A DNA stretch of 41,810 nucleotides, taken from Chiloscyllium plagiosum. Taxonomy: Eukaryota. Below, piece after piece: positions 1 through 11,673 of this stretch. The notes beneath the pieces are model-generated. The model was given only the letters and a program-made list of their open reading frames with translations. It ran no database searches and was not told where the DNA came from. The position numbers and the translations under genes were made by a program. Within the stretch, counting starts at the first letter, position 1. The number at the start of each line of letters is the position of its first letter. The stretch lies in NCBI RefSeq assembly GCF_004010195.1, contig NC_057750.1, forward strand, positions 12,851,459-12,893,268, read 5' to 3'.

Positions 1-415
1 CAGCTCATTCCATACATGCACCACCCTCTGTGTGAAAAAGTTGTCCTATGTGTTCCTTATAAATCTTCTCTCTCTCACCTTAAACTTATGCCCTCTAGTT
101 TCGGACTCCCCTAGCCTGGGGAAAAGACCTTGACTATTCACCCTATCCATGCCTCTTGTGATTTTTAAACCTTGATAAGGTCACCCGTCAGCCTCCAACG
201 CTCCAGGGAAAACAGCCCCAGCCAATTCATCCTCTCCCCGTAGCTCAAACCCTCCAACCCTGGCAACACCCTTGTAAATCTTTCCTGAAGCCTTTCAAGT
301 TTAACAACGTCCTTTCTACAGGAGGGAGACTAGAATTGAACACAATTTTCCAAAAATGGCCTAACCTATGTTCTGAATACTCCTATACTCAATGCATGGA
401 CCAATAAAGCCGATT
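1..415 (-). mobile_element. CR1-clade LINE ORF2 3' fragment (degraded)
   Basis: Matches the reverse complement of the CR1 copies at 14610-15120 and 26430-26915 (ccagggaaaacagccccagcc, ccttgtaaatc...). Confidence 0.9.
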
Positions 416-603
416 TAAAGTTAAATTAATCCACAAAATGCTTTTTGGTTTGCGCTTTAGTAAACTATTAATTGAGAAACCAAGCTGCTGACAACAAATG
501 TGAAGAATATATTGGGATATTGACAGTATGTTTCATGTTTAATGGAAGCATTCTCTAGGTACTCTGGCCTTTCCAACGATGTCACCACTCAAGGTGACTT
601 CAG

Positions 604-631
604 TTATGATCTACCTGCCTTCTTCTTCCTC
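604..631 (-). CDS. Candidate terminal coding exon (RKKKAGRS* in the frame compatible with 932-971)
   Basis: Long polypyrimidine tract plus CAG acceptor on the minus strand (tttctctctctctctttgttttaacacag|GAGGAAGAAG); TAA at 606-604. Confidence 0.25.
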
Positions 632-931
632 CTGTGTTAAAACAAAGAGAGAGAGAGAAAGAGAGAGAAAATTCACATTTCCAAAGTGCTAAATGGATCA
701 GCACTCAAGACAAAACCTATTCTGGCATCTAACTGCTATTGATGTCAATTCATCTACAGTTGACACAGAGGTAGTGATTTTATGGTGTAATAGGGAACTG
801 GCTTTGATTTTGTGAAAATACTTTATTTCCCCATTACTTGTACAATCAGTGTAATGGAGAGTTGAGACGTAGGCATTTAAACGTGGAGCACCATTCAGAT
901 GATGAAGGCCACACTTTTGCACCTCTCATAC

Positions 932-971
932 CTCGGATCATCCATTTTATGTTTGGTCCAAATTGACATGT
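932..971 (-). CDS. Candidate 40-nt internal exon (xMSIWTKHKMDDPR or TCQFGPNIKWMIRG)
   Basis: ttctactatttcag| acceptor and CCGAG|gtatga donor on the minus strand, in non-repeat sequence. Confidence 0.3.
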
Positions 972-1359
972 CTGAAATAGTAGAATACAATATCTTTTAT
1001 TATCATGTGTACTCAAGTACAGATATACAGGAGGAGAATGAGACGTTTTTCAATGTCCGCCTCTTAGGGGGCCATCTTAGGTACAAGTAACCGGGGACAA
1101 ATCTTAGTTACTAAAGATGAATAAAAAAGAAAAGCAGTTGCATTACTTTGAAGAAATAAGACATGGTTAAAAGAATAGTCATTACTGCCAGATGAACAAA
1201 TTATATTTAAGCATTACATTATTGTAGCTGAGCACAGGAGACCCCACACGTGGTCTAACCACCCGCATCAAATCCCATTAGGAAAACCATCACTGCTCCG
1301 CTCCCAGCTTCCAGTCTGCTGCACTGCGCTCTCGTTCAGCTGCTCCAAGCTACATTTTC

Positions 1360-3335
1360 TCCAGGACTGCTCCACCACTCCAGGTCTCCACTCCGGGACT
1401 GCTCCCCCTCACTGCTCCCCGCTCTGGGCCTGCTCCCCATCACTGCTCCCCGCTCTGGGCCTGCTCCTCCTCACTGCTCCCCGCTCTGGGACTGCTCCCC
1501 CTCACTGCTCCCCGCTCTGGGACTACTCCACCTCAGTGCTCCCCGCTCTGGGACTGCTCCCCCTCACTGCTCCCCACTCCGGGACTGCTTCCCCTCACTG
1601 TTCCCCGCTCTTGGACTGCTCCCCCTCACTGCTCCCCGCTCTGGGACTGCTCCCCGTCACTGCTCTCCGCTCTGGGANNNNNNNNNNNNNNNNNNNNNNN
1701 NNNNNNNNNNNNNNNNNNNNNNNNNNNNNNNNNNNNNNNNNNNNNNNNNNNNNNNNNNNNNNNNNNNNNNNNNNNNNNNNNNNNNNNNNNNNNNNNNNNN
1801 NNNNNNNNNNNNNNNNNNNNNNNNNNNNNNNNNNNNNNNNNNNNNNNNNNNNNNNNNNNNNNNNNNNNNNNNNNNNNNNNNNNNNNNNNNNNNNNNNNNN
1901 NNNNNNNNNNNNNNNNNNNNNNNNNNNNNNNNNNNNNNNNNNNNNNNNNNNNNNNNNNNNNNNNNNNNNNNNNNNNNNNNNNNNNNNNNNNNNNNNNNNN
2001 NNNNNNNNNNNNNNNNNNNNNNNNNNNNNNNNNNNNNNNNNNNNNNNNNNNNNNNNNNNNNNNNNNNNNNNNNNNNNNNNNNNNNNNNNNNNNNNNNNNN
2101 NNNNNNNNNNNNNNNNNNNNNNNNNNNNNNNNNNNNNNNNNNNNNNNNNNNNNNNNNNNNNNNNNNNNNNNNNNNNNNNNNNNNNNNNNNNNNNNNNNNN
2201 NNNNNNNNNNNNNNNNNNNNNNNNNNNNNNNNNNNNNNNNNNNNNNNNNNNNNNNNNNNNNNNNNNNNNNNNNNNNNNNNNNNNNNNNNNNNNNNNNNNN
2301 NNNNNNNNNNNNNNNNNNNNNNNNNNNNNNNNNNNNNNNNNNNNNNNNNNNNNNNNNNNNNNNNNNNNNNNNNNNNNNNNNNNNNNNNNNNGGGACTGCT
2401 CCCCCTCACTGCTCCCCACTCTGGGCCTGCTCCCCTCACTGCTCCCCGCTCTGGGACTGCTGCACCTCACTGTTCCCCGCACTGGGACTGCTCACCCTCA
2501 CTGCTCTCGGACTGCTCCCCCTCACTGCTCCCTGCTCTGGGACTGCTCCCCCTCACTGCTCCCTGCTCCGGGACTGCTCACCGTTACTGCTCCCCACTCT
2601 GGGACTGCTCCCCCTCACTGCTCCCCGCTCTGGGCCAGCTCCCCCTCACTGCTCCCCGCTCTGGGCCTGCTCCCCCTCACTGCTCCCCGCTCTGGGACTG
2701 CTCCGCCTCACAGCTCCCCGCTCTGGGACTGCTCCCACTCACTTTTCCCCGCTCTGGGACTACTCCCCTCACTGCTCCCCACTCCAGGACTGGTCACCCT
2801 CACTGCTCCCCGCTCTGGGCCTGCTCCCCCTCACTGCTCCCCGCTCTGGGCCTGCTCCCCCTCACTGCTCCCCGCTCTGGGACTGGTCCTCCTCACTGCT
2901 CCCCGCTCTGGGACTGCTCACGGTTACTGCTCCCCGCTATGGCTCTGCTCCCCCTCACTGCTCCCCCCTCTAGGCCTGCTCCTCCTCACAGCTCCCTGCT
3001 CTGGGACTGCTCCCACTCACGTTTCCCCGCTCTGGGACTGCTCCCCCTCACTGCTCCCCGCTCTGGGACTGCTCCCCCTCACTGCTCCCCGTTCCGGGAC
3101 TGGTCCCCCTCACTGCTTCCCGCTCTGGGACCCCTACCCCTCTCTGCTGCCTGCTCCCCGCTCTGGGACTGGTCCCCCTCACTGCTCCCCGCTCTGGGTC
3201 TGTTCTCCCTAACTGCTCCCTGCTCTGGGCCTGCTCCCCCTCACTGCTGCCCGCTCTGGGACTGCTCCCCCTCACTGTTCCCCGCTGTGGGACTGCTCCC
3301 CCTCACTGCTCCCCGCTCTGGGACTGCTCCTCCAC
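1360..3335. repeat. 31-bp minisatellite (gggactgctccccctcactgctccccgctct)n interrupted by an N-gap
   Basis: Units start at 1395 and 1426 (period 31) and continue on both sides of gap 1678-2391. Confidence 0.97.
1678..2391. other. Assembly gap
   Basis: Run of N. Confidence 1.
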
Positions 3336-3514
3336 CCCCGGTTTCCGCTCCGATCCGTGTTTCCTGATAATGTCCTGTTTCATCTGATGCCCCTTGTATG
3401 TTGAACTCTGGTTGTTTGCCCTGGGTTTGGTTTGCTGGAATCAGGCAGTCCTTTGCCTCGCTTGGGCCTATCCAACCCTCGCTCCCCTGTAACTACTGGA
3501 GGGCAGGCTACATG

Positions 3515-3740
3515 TGGTGTGGCGTGTGTATGGAATGAGCTGCCAGAGTAAGTGGTGCAGGGTAGTATAATTTCAACTTTTAAGAGGCATTTGGATGGGT
3601 ATATGAATAGGAAGGGTTTGGAGGGATATGGACCGGGTGCTGGCAGGTGGGACTAGATTGGGTTGGGATATCTGGTCGGCATGGACGGGTGGGACCGAAG
3701 GGTCTGTTTCCGTGTTATACATCTCTATGACTCTATGACT
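3515..3740 (+). mobile_element. CR1 LINE 3' end with (ctatga)n tail
   Basis: tggaatgagctgccagag...ttggatgggtatatgaatagg...ctctatgactctatgact. Confidence 0.92.
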
Positions 3741-4106
3741 GGTCTTGAAAGATTAACTCTGCTATCTCTGTCCCCACTTTCTCCAGGACTCTCTGTGTTT
3801 GTTTGTTACTTATCACTGAAGGGCTGATCAGCATGCAGAGGCCTCACGCTGAATGCTAGAAGCTCTTGGGCAAAAGAAATGCCTGGGTTATGAAAGAAAC
3901 AAATAATCACAGACATTTGTATCCCTCAGAACTTGGAAGAGGAATCCACCCCACCAGGTTTACTCCTTATCAGTGTCAGGTTTTGTGTCACATAAGACCA
4001 GAGGGTATAGTAGCAGAATTAGGCCGTTCAGCCCATTAATCTGCTCCTCATCGTTGATATGTTTCTGAACCCCATTCTCCTGCCTTCTCCCCATAAGCCT
4101 TTCTTG

Positions 4107-4250
4107 GGGTGGCACAGTAGTTCAGTGGTTAGCACTGCTACCTCACAGTGCCAGCAACATGGGTTCAATTCCAGCCTCAGGCGACTGTCTGTGTGGAGTT
4201 TGCACATTCACCTTGTGTCTGTGTGGTTTTCCTCCCACAGTCCAAAGATG
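4107..4250 (+). mobile_element. HE1-type V-SINE, 5' portion
   Basis: tRNA-derived head gtggcacagtagttcagtggttagcactgc, then tgtggagtttgcacattc. Confidence 0.88.
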
Positions 4251-4251
4251 T

Positions 4252-4451
4252 GAGTATAAGAAGTACAGTTAGTAAGTTTGCTGGTTACACCACAACTGGA
4301 GGTGTAGTGGACAGCGAAGACGTTTACAACAGGATCTTGACTGAGGAGTGACAGATGGGCTTAATTTAGATAAATGTGAGCTGCTGCATTTTGGGAAAGC
4401 AAATCTTAACAGGACTGATACACTTCATGGTAAGGTCCTAGGGAATGTTGC
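4252..4451 (+). mobile_element. CR1 RT fragment
   Basis: Encodes VSKFA...GGVVDSE, followed by DKCELLHFGK-like sequence. Confidence 0.8.
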
Positions 4452-4941
4452 TGTAAGTGTCAGCTTTAATTAAAAGGTAATGTTGGCATTAATATTTACC
4501 AACCAAAGTACAAAAGCTATCTAACAGTGGCAAAAGTGATTGGTTAACAGTAAAATACGAGGGTTTGTTTCTGAAGGATCTGGGCAGTATCCCACAGTGG
4601 GAGAACTCGTCCTCTTGACTGAATTGGCAGCTTCCTCCAAATAAACTGAGGGTGGGAATGAGTCACATGATACATTGCCTCACTTCCTCTCACATGATTG
4701 AATTGGCAGGCCCACTTCAAGGCAATTGGGGACCTTGTGTAGTCACAGTCTGCTGCAAAATTCGACTTTGGCACAAGATGATGTTGTACACCCAAAATAA
4801 CAGATGCGAACCGATGGCTAGAGGCACAACACAGATGGCTAGCAGACATGGGCTGATTTCCCTTCAGGCTAGCTGCAGGATTTTGTGAAGAACTGAAATA
4901 AACCTCTCTTCAACACGAGAGCACTATTTTTTGTTACAACA
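4452..4941 (+). mobile_element. Possible solo LTR
   Basis: Begins TGTAA and ends TTACAACA; AATAAA at 4897; TGAGTCA and CACTTCCTCT motifs inside; no TSD found. Confidence 0.3.
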
Positions 4942-5134
4942 GATGTCCTAAGTTGCAAAATAAAGGACTTTAGGAGGGCTAGTGAATGTAATCCATTAAC
5001 ATTTAAGTGAAAACATTTGTCAGATCAGATATGACCGGTCCCTCCATCAGCTCCAGGCAGACAGTTTTATTTTTGACAGCGAGGAACTGGTTGCACAGTT
5101 TCTGAGGGTAAAATTCTTAAATCTTTCTCTGGAA

Positions 5135-5462
5135 GAATCATAGAATCCCTACTAGTGTTGGAACAGATCATTCAGTCCATTGGGTCCACACCAACCCTCT
5201 GAAGAACATCCTACCTATCTCTGTAACCCTGCATTTCCCATGGCCAATCCACCTAGCCTGCACATCTCTGGACACTGTGGACAATTTAGCATGGCCAATC
5301 CAGCCTAACCAGCACATCTTTGGACTGTGGGAGGAAACCGTAACACCCGGAGGAAACCCACACAAACACGGGGAGAAAGTGCATACAGATAGTTGCTCGA
5401 AAGTAGATTTGAGTCTGGGTCCCTGGAGCTATGAGGCAGCAGTGCTAACCACTGAGCCACCA
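5135..5462 (-). mobile_element. HE1-type V-SINE, near full length
   Basis: Reverse head (gaggcagcagtgctaaccactgagccacc) and tail (agaatcatagaatccct). Confidence 0.92.
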
Positions 5463-5577
5463 CGGGGAGTATTTATTTAACCATTCGTGGGATGTGGGCG
5501 TCACAGGAAAGGTCATCATTTGCTGCTTATCCTGAATTGCCCTTGAACTGAAATGCTTGCTAGATTATTTCCAAAAT

Positions 5578-5789
5578 CAGTGTCGAAGAGTGTGGCGCTG
5601 GAAAAGCACAGCAGGTCAGGCAGCGTCCGAGGAGCAGGAGACTCGATGTTTCGGGCATAAGCCCTTCATCGGGAAGGGCTCAATACATCGATTCCCCAGC
5701 TCCTCGGATGCTGCCTAACCTGCTGTGCTTTTCCAGCACCACACTCTTCGACACTGATCTCCAGCATCTGCAGTCCTCACTTTCTCCTG
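5578..5789. mobile_element. Penelope-like pLTR-derived fold-back element with hammerhead-like core
   Basis: About 72-bp inverted arms (5578-5649 and 5685-5756); minus strand ccgatga-a-gggc-ttat-gccc-gaaac; flanked by approximate TSD ttcc(a/cg)aaatcagt. Confidence 0.8.
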
Positions 5790-6254
5790 TTCCCGAAATC
5801 AGTTAATAATCAGCTTCATTACTGTGCGTCTGCAGTTACATGTACACCAGAACAGTTAAAGAAGGCAGATTTCCCTCCCTAAAAGGTAATAGTTGGATAT
5901 TTATGACAACCAATGATGACTTTCTGCTCACCATTACTCACGTGAGCATTCAACTCCAGATTTTTGTATTCACGGAATTTAAAACCCATTGCTTGCTCCA
6001 TTGGAGTTTGGACCAGTGCCCCCAGGGCATTAGCCTGACCCTCTGGAACAGAACCATGTCCCCTTACATTGCCACCTTCCCATGTTGGGTCCTCATCCCA
6101 AAATCAGAGGTATGGAGGCGCCTACCTCAGGGTAGGGAAGGTGAGATTAGAGAGCCGCAAACATTTTGCAGACACAACTAATACAGTTATCTAATGGATA
6201 GAGCTTGTCAAAAATGGCGACACTTTGGAGGCAATTTTCCTGAGAAATTGGCAG

Positions 6255-7360
6255 GGTTGTTTTTCGGATTGGAGGCATGTGACCAGCGGTGTTCCTCAGG
6301 GATCAGTGCTATGTGCCACTCTTATTTATCAATAATATAAACGATTTGGATGAGAATTTAGGAGACCTGGTCAGTAAGTTTGCGAATGGCTCCAAAGTTG
6401 GTGATATAATGGACAGTGAAGAAGGTTTTCAAAGATTACAAAGGGATCTTGATCAACTGGGCCAATGGGCTGAAGGATGGAGTTGAATTTTGACAAATGC
6501 AAGGTATTACATTTTGGTAAGACGAACAAGGGCAGGATTAACACAGTTAATGGTACAGCCCTGGGGAATGTTGATGAAGATCTTTTGCCCGAAACGTCGA
6601 TTTCGCTGCTCCTCGGATGCTGCCTGAACTGCTGTGCTCTTCCAGCACCACTAATCCAGAATCTGGTTTCCAGCATCTGCAGTCATTGTTTTTACCAATG
6701 TTGTCAAACAGACAGACTGAGAGATGCAGGTACATAGTTTTACAAAGGTTGTATTGCAGGTACTCAGTGTGGTGAAGAAGGTATTTAACACACGTGCATT
6801 CATTGCTCAGACCACAGAGTATAGGAGTTGGGATTTATAGAAGGTATTGGTGTACTGCATGTATTTCTGGTCACCCTGCTATAGGAAGGATGTTATTAAG
6901 TTGGAGACAGTTCAGAAAACATTTACCAGGAGGTTACTACAATGGAGGATTTGAGTTAAAAGGAGAGGTTGGATAGGCTGGGCCTTTTTTCACTGGATCT
7001 TGGAAGGTTCAGGGGTGACCTTATAGGGGTTTATAAATCATGAAGGGCATAGATACGTTGAACAGCAAGGGTCTTTTCTCTAGGGTGGGGAAGATTTTAA
7101 GGTGAGGGGGAAAGTTTTAAAAGCGACCCGAGGGGCAAACTTTTCACACAGAGGGTGGTGTGTATGTGGAATGAGCTGCCAAAGGGAGTGGTGCATACAG
7201 GTATAGTTACAACATTTAAAAGACATTTGGACAGGTACATGAATAGGAAAGGTTTTAGAGGGATATGGACCAGGGTCAGGCAATTTAGTTTGGGAAACTT
7301 GGTGGGCATGGACAAGTTGTACGGAAGCATCTGTTTTCATGCTGTTTGACTCTATTACTC
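6255..7360 (+). mobile_element. CR1 LINE, RT to 3' tail, degraded
   Basis: GVPQGSV-type sequence, LFINNINDLDE...VSKFA, DKCKVLHFGK and a 3' tail. Confidence 0.92.
6574..6696 (+). mobile_element. PLE pLTR fragment inserted into CR1
   Basis: Exact TSD aatgttg (6567-6573 and 6697-6703); tgatgaagatcttttgcccgaaacgtcga core. Confidence 0.82.
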
Positions 7361-7439
7361 TACGAAATTAGTTTTTTTTTTAACGAGAATCCTCTTCTCG
7401 CTACCACGGCTACTTGAGCCTAAGCTAACTGCTAACCTG

Positions 7440-7562
7440 GGTGTCCCACCACTGCTACCATGTTGTATAATAGGTGCCCACTACAGCTCACCATGTTGTA
7501 TAATAGGTGCCCACTACAGCTCACCATGTTGTATGATGGGTGCCCACCACTACTACAATGTT
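7440..7562. repeat. 33-bp tandem repeat, about 3.5 copies
   Basis: accatgttgtataataggtgcccactacagctc at 7457, 7490 and (diverged) 7523. Confidence 0.9.
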
Positions 7563-7564
7563 AG

Positions 7565-8070
7565 ACCATAAGACCATAAGGAGTGGACCATAAGGCCATT
7601 CGGCCCATCGAGTCCACTCCGCCGTTTAATCATGGCTGATGGGCTTTTCAACTCCACTTACCCACACTCTCCCTGTATCCCTTAATTCCTTGCGAGATTA
7701 AGAATTTATCAATCTCTGCCTTGAAGACATTTAATGTCCCAGCCTCCACTGCACTCTGTGGCAATGAATTCCACAGGCCCACCACTCTCTGGCTGAAGAA
7801 ATGTCTCCTCCTTTCTGTTCTAAATTCAAAGGCTGTGCCCATGGTCCTAGTCTCCCTGCCCGACGGAAACAATTTCCCAGCGCCCACCCTTTCTAAGCCA
7901 TGCATTATCTTGCAAGTTTCTATTAGCTCTCCCCTCAACCTTCTGCACTCTAATGAATACAATCTCAGGATCCTCAGCCAGTCATCGTATGTTAGGGCCG
8001 GCCATTCCAGGGAACATCCGTGTGAATCTACGCTGGACACGCTCCAGTGCCAGTATGCTCTTCCTGAGGT
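7565..8070 (-). mobile_element. CR1-clade LINE 3' region
   Basis: ORF 7648-8040: LYSLECRRLRGELIETCKI...FFSQRVVGLWNSLP; (gaccataa) tail. Confidence 0.92.
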
Positions 8071-8596
8071 GTGTTGTATGTTATACCTGGCAAGTAAAAT
8101 AAAGGAAACTCCTCAGTAGCTCCAGATACATAAAGGGTAAAAGGAAAATGAAGAAAAAATTAGGGTCTATTAAGGACCACAATGATAATTTGTGCGTGCA
8201 GACAGCGTATATAGGCAGGAGTTCTAGACGAATATCTTGGGTCAATGTTCACCAGTGAGAGCAATGATATGAGTATAGAAATCAGGGGGAAAGGTTATGA
8301 AATAATTAAAGTTATTAGATTAGATCGACAGGAGGTTCTGAGTGGTCAGGTTTAAAAATAGATACATTTCCAGGGCTAGATGAAATTTATCCCAGGTTGT
8401 TACATGAAGCAGAAATAACAGAGGCAAAAATTTTCAATTCCTTTCTTGAGGTGCCAGAGGACTGGAGGACAGCCAATAGGGTATTGTTAATTAAGAAGGG
8501 AGCCAGGGATACACCGGTAAACTACAGACTATTGGATCTAACCTTGGTGAGAGGAAAATGATTGAAAGCAATTCTGAGGGACAGAGTTAATCTGTA

Positions 8597-8888
8597 GGGT
8601 TAGTAGGGATATTCCAGGTAACTACAGACCAGTGAGCCTGATGTCAGTGGTAGGAAAGTTGCTGGAGAAGGTACTAAGGGATAAAATCTATCTGTATTTG
8701 AAAAAGAATGGGCTTATCAATGATTTAGATTCATTTAAGGTGCATCTGGACAGATGCATGAGTAGGTGGGGAGCAAAGGGATACAGATGCTTAGGAACTG
8801 GGCGACAGGTTTAGACAGTGGGTTTGGGTCGGCTCAGGCTTGGAGGGCCGAAGGGCCTGTTCCTGGGCTGTAAATTTTCTTTGTTCTT
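8597..8888 (+). mobile_element. Nested, internally deleted CR1-like copy (RT segment joined to 3' tail)
   Basis: NYRPVSLMSVVGKLLEKVLRDKIY jumps directly to FKVHLDRCM and a tail ending ttctttgttct. Confidence 0.65.
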
Positions 8889-8900
8889 TGTATTTGGAGA

Positions 8901-9040
8901 TGGGGAGGTGCCGGTGTTGGACTGGGGTGGACAAAGTTAGAAGTCACATAACACCAGGGTGTAGTCTGACAGGTTTATTTGAAATCTCTTCCAAAAGCTT
9001 GTGGAGTACCTGTTGGAGTAGAACCAGGTTTTGTGTGACG
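8901..9040. mobile_element. PLE-type terminal-repeat fragment with inverted arms
   Basis: gtcacataacaccagggtgtagtctgacaggt versus acctgttggagtagaaccaggttttgtgtgac; tttggaga repeated on both flanks. Confidence 0.6.
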
Positions 9041-10212
9041 TCTGCGTTTGGAGAGGCAGGGATTCGTCAAGACCAGTCAACGGACTTTGCGAAAGGGGAG
9101 GTCACGTCTGACCAATTTAACCAAATTTTTCGAAGAGGTGACCAGATGTACAGACGTGGGCAATGCTTTTGATATCTTCTGCTTAGGCTTCAGCAAGGCT
9201 CTTGATAAAGTCTTGCATGGAGTGCTGATGGCAAAGATCCAAGGAAATCTGGCAACCTGGATCCACAATTGGCTGAGTGGGAGGAAGCAGAAGGTATTAG
9301 CCAAGGGATAATTTTCTGACTGGAAATCTATGTCCAGTGGGATTCCATAGGAATCAATGTTGGGGACCTTGCTATTTGTAGTGTATATAAACGATTTAGA
9401 CTTGAATATAGGAAGGCTGGTCAGTACATTTGCAGACAATATAAAAATTAGTGAGGTGTAAATAATGAGGAGGATAACCTGAGATTACAGAGGGGTATAG
9501 ATGGGCTGCTGAGTGACAAATGGGATTACATGCAGACAAGTGTGAGGTGACGCGCTTAGGCCGAAGGCAAAGGATTGCATATGAGCAGGAGGACCCTGGG
9601 AAGCTTTGAGAATCATGGGGACCTTTGTGTGCATGTTCACTCATCCCTTAAGGTATTAGGGCAGGTGGATAAGTGGTTGAGAAAACATTTGAGAGACTTC
9701 CCTTTTTTTAGCCAAGGCATAGCGTAAGAGGCAAGAGGTGATACTGGAATTGTATAAAACCTTGGCTAGGCCTCAGTTGGAGTACTGCGTGGAATCCACA
9801 TTATAGGAGGAACATGGTAGCCCTAGAGAGGGCACAGAGGGAGGTTTACCAGAATGTTTCCTGGCCTGGAGAGTTTCAGTGGTGAACAGAGATCGGACAA
9901 ACTGGGGTTGTTTTTCTCAGAACAGACGGGATTGAGAGGTCACGTGATTGAGATGGATAAAATGATGAGAGGCATAGAGAGGTCAGACAGGAAGAAACTT
10001 TACCCCTGGATGGAGGGATCAATCAGCAGGGTGCATCAATTTAAGGGAAGGGGTGGGAGGGTTTGAGAGGATGTGAGGGACAAACGTTTCCCCCAGAGGC
10101 TGCTGGGAATCTGGAACTGACTGCCTGTGAGGGTGGGAGAGGCAGAAATCCCTCATCACACAGACGTGCACTTGGGATGCCTGGGGGCGATGGGTTAAGG
10201 GCTGGCATACTG

Positions 10213-10770
10213 GAATTAGAATAACATAGAACTTAGAGCAATACAGCACAGTAGAAGACCTTCGGCCCTCAATGTTGCACCAACCAGTGAAACCATTCTG
10301 AAGCCCATCTAACCTACACTATTCTGTTATCATCCATATGTCTATCCAATGACCATTTAAATGCCCTTAAAGTCGGTGAGTCTACTCCTGTTGTAGGCAG
10401 TGCGTTCCATGCCCCTACTACTCTCTGAGTAAAGAAACTACCTCTGTCCTATATCTATCCCCCCTCAATTTAAAGCTAAGTCCCCTGGTCTAGCCAGCAC
10501 CATCCGAGGAAAAAGGCTCTCACTGTCCACCTTATCTAACCCTCTGATTATCTCGAATGTCTCAATTAAGTCACATCTCAACCTTCTCTCTAACGAAAAC
10601 AGCCTCAAGTCCCTCAGCCTTTCCTCATAAGACCTTCCCTCCATACCAGGCAACATCCTGGTAAATCTCCTCTGAACCCTTTCCAAAGCTCCCACATCCT
10701 TCCTATAATGTGGTGACCAGAACTGTACGCAATACTCCAAGTGCGGCCGCACCAGAGTTTGGTACCGCTG
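10213..10770 (-). mobile_element. Younger CR1 3' part nested in the plus-strand CR1
   Basis: YQTLVRPHLEYCVQFWSPHYRKDVGALERVQRRFTRMLPG. Confidence 0.95.
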
Positions 10771-11149
10771 CAAGAGGTAGGAGGTTATCTTTGACAGTGT
10801 AGACCGGATGGGCCAAAGGGCCTTTTTCTGTGCTGTTGATGTGCATGGGTCAAAGGCAAGGCGGTAAGGTGTTAGACTGTAAAGGGACAAAAACGAACAA
10901 TGACAACAAGCCGAGGTAATGATTCTTAAAGATTTCCGATTTCTAAGTTTGGCCTCTGAAATGATTTTCTTCTTTTCCCCAGTGCCTAGCAACCCTGGCC
11001 GCCCACTGTATAATTACTGCTAAGAACAAAGGAGGTGGTAATGATGGGACCTCATCATTACTGCCTCATTTAAATACACCCAATTATTTAAATCAGTCGC
11101 TACCAGGCATGACCTCACAAAGCAGGGCAAGCACTTATGTGAAGGAAGA

Positions 11150-11390
11150 GAAGAAAAGTTGCATTTATATAACGCCTGTCACAAACTCAGAATATCCCAA
11201 AGGGCTTCCAGCCCATTAAATTGCCTTCGACGTCCAATCACTGCTGTACCATCAGGAAAACTAGCTGCCATTCTTTTGCGCACAGAAAGCTCCCACAAAT
11301 ACACCGAGATAAATGAGCGGGACGAGAAAGCATCTTTTCTTTTGCGTTGGTTAAGGATAAGTGTGGGCAGAACATGTCGCAGAACTCAGA
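11150..11390 (-). mobile_element. DeuSINE (SacSINE1/AmnSINE1-like) 3' relic
   Basis: Minus strand tttgtgggagctttctgtgcgcaaa...ggcgttatataaatgcaacttttcttc resembles the Deu-domain end and L2-type tail. Confidence 0.65.
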
Positions 11391-11673
11391 CAAACAGAGA
11401 CCAGAGTAGGGGATTGTAACTTTCCAAACATAAACTGGAACTGCCATAGTGTTAAGGGTTCAGATGGAGAGGAATTTGTTAAGTGTGACACCGAGATAAA
11501 TGAGCGGGACGAGAAAGCATCTTTTCCTTTGCGTTGGTTAAGGATAAGTGTGGGCAGAACATGTCGCAGAAGTCAGACAAACAGAGACCAGAGTAGGGGA
11601 TTGTAACTTTCCAAACATAGACTGGAACTCCATAGTGTTAAGGGTTCAGATGGAGAGGAATTTGTTAAGTGTG
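11301..11673 (+). repeat. Direct tandem duplication, 2 x about 187 bp
   Basis: 11301-11487 is nearly identical to 11488-11673. Confidence 0.97.

Larger units (their letters stand above)
8080..10840 (+). mobile_element. Long degraded CR1 ORF2 with nested insertions
   Basis: EVPEDWRTAN, NYR, SRLTNLTKFFEEVT, FSKALDKV, WIHNWLSGRKQ motifs in order; 3' tail resumes at about 10775-10840. Confidence 0.88.

Noticed and set aside
1360..3335. CRISPR-like periodic repeat
   Set aside because: Head-to-tail units without unique spacers, no cas genes, and a vertebrate context.
1536..3367. 558-aa and overlapping Pro/Leu/Ser-rich ORFs
   Set aside because: Translation of a stop-poor 31-bp minisatellite across an N-gap.
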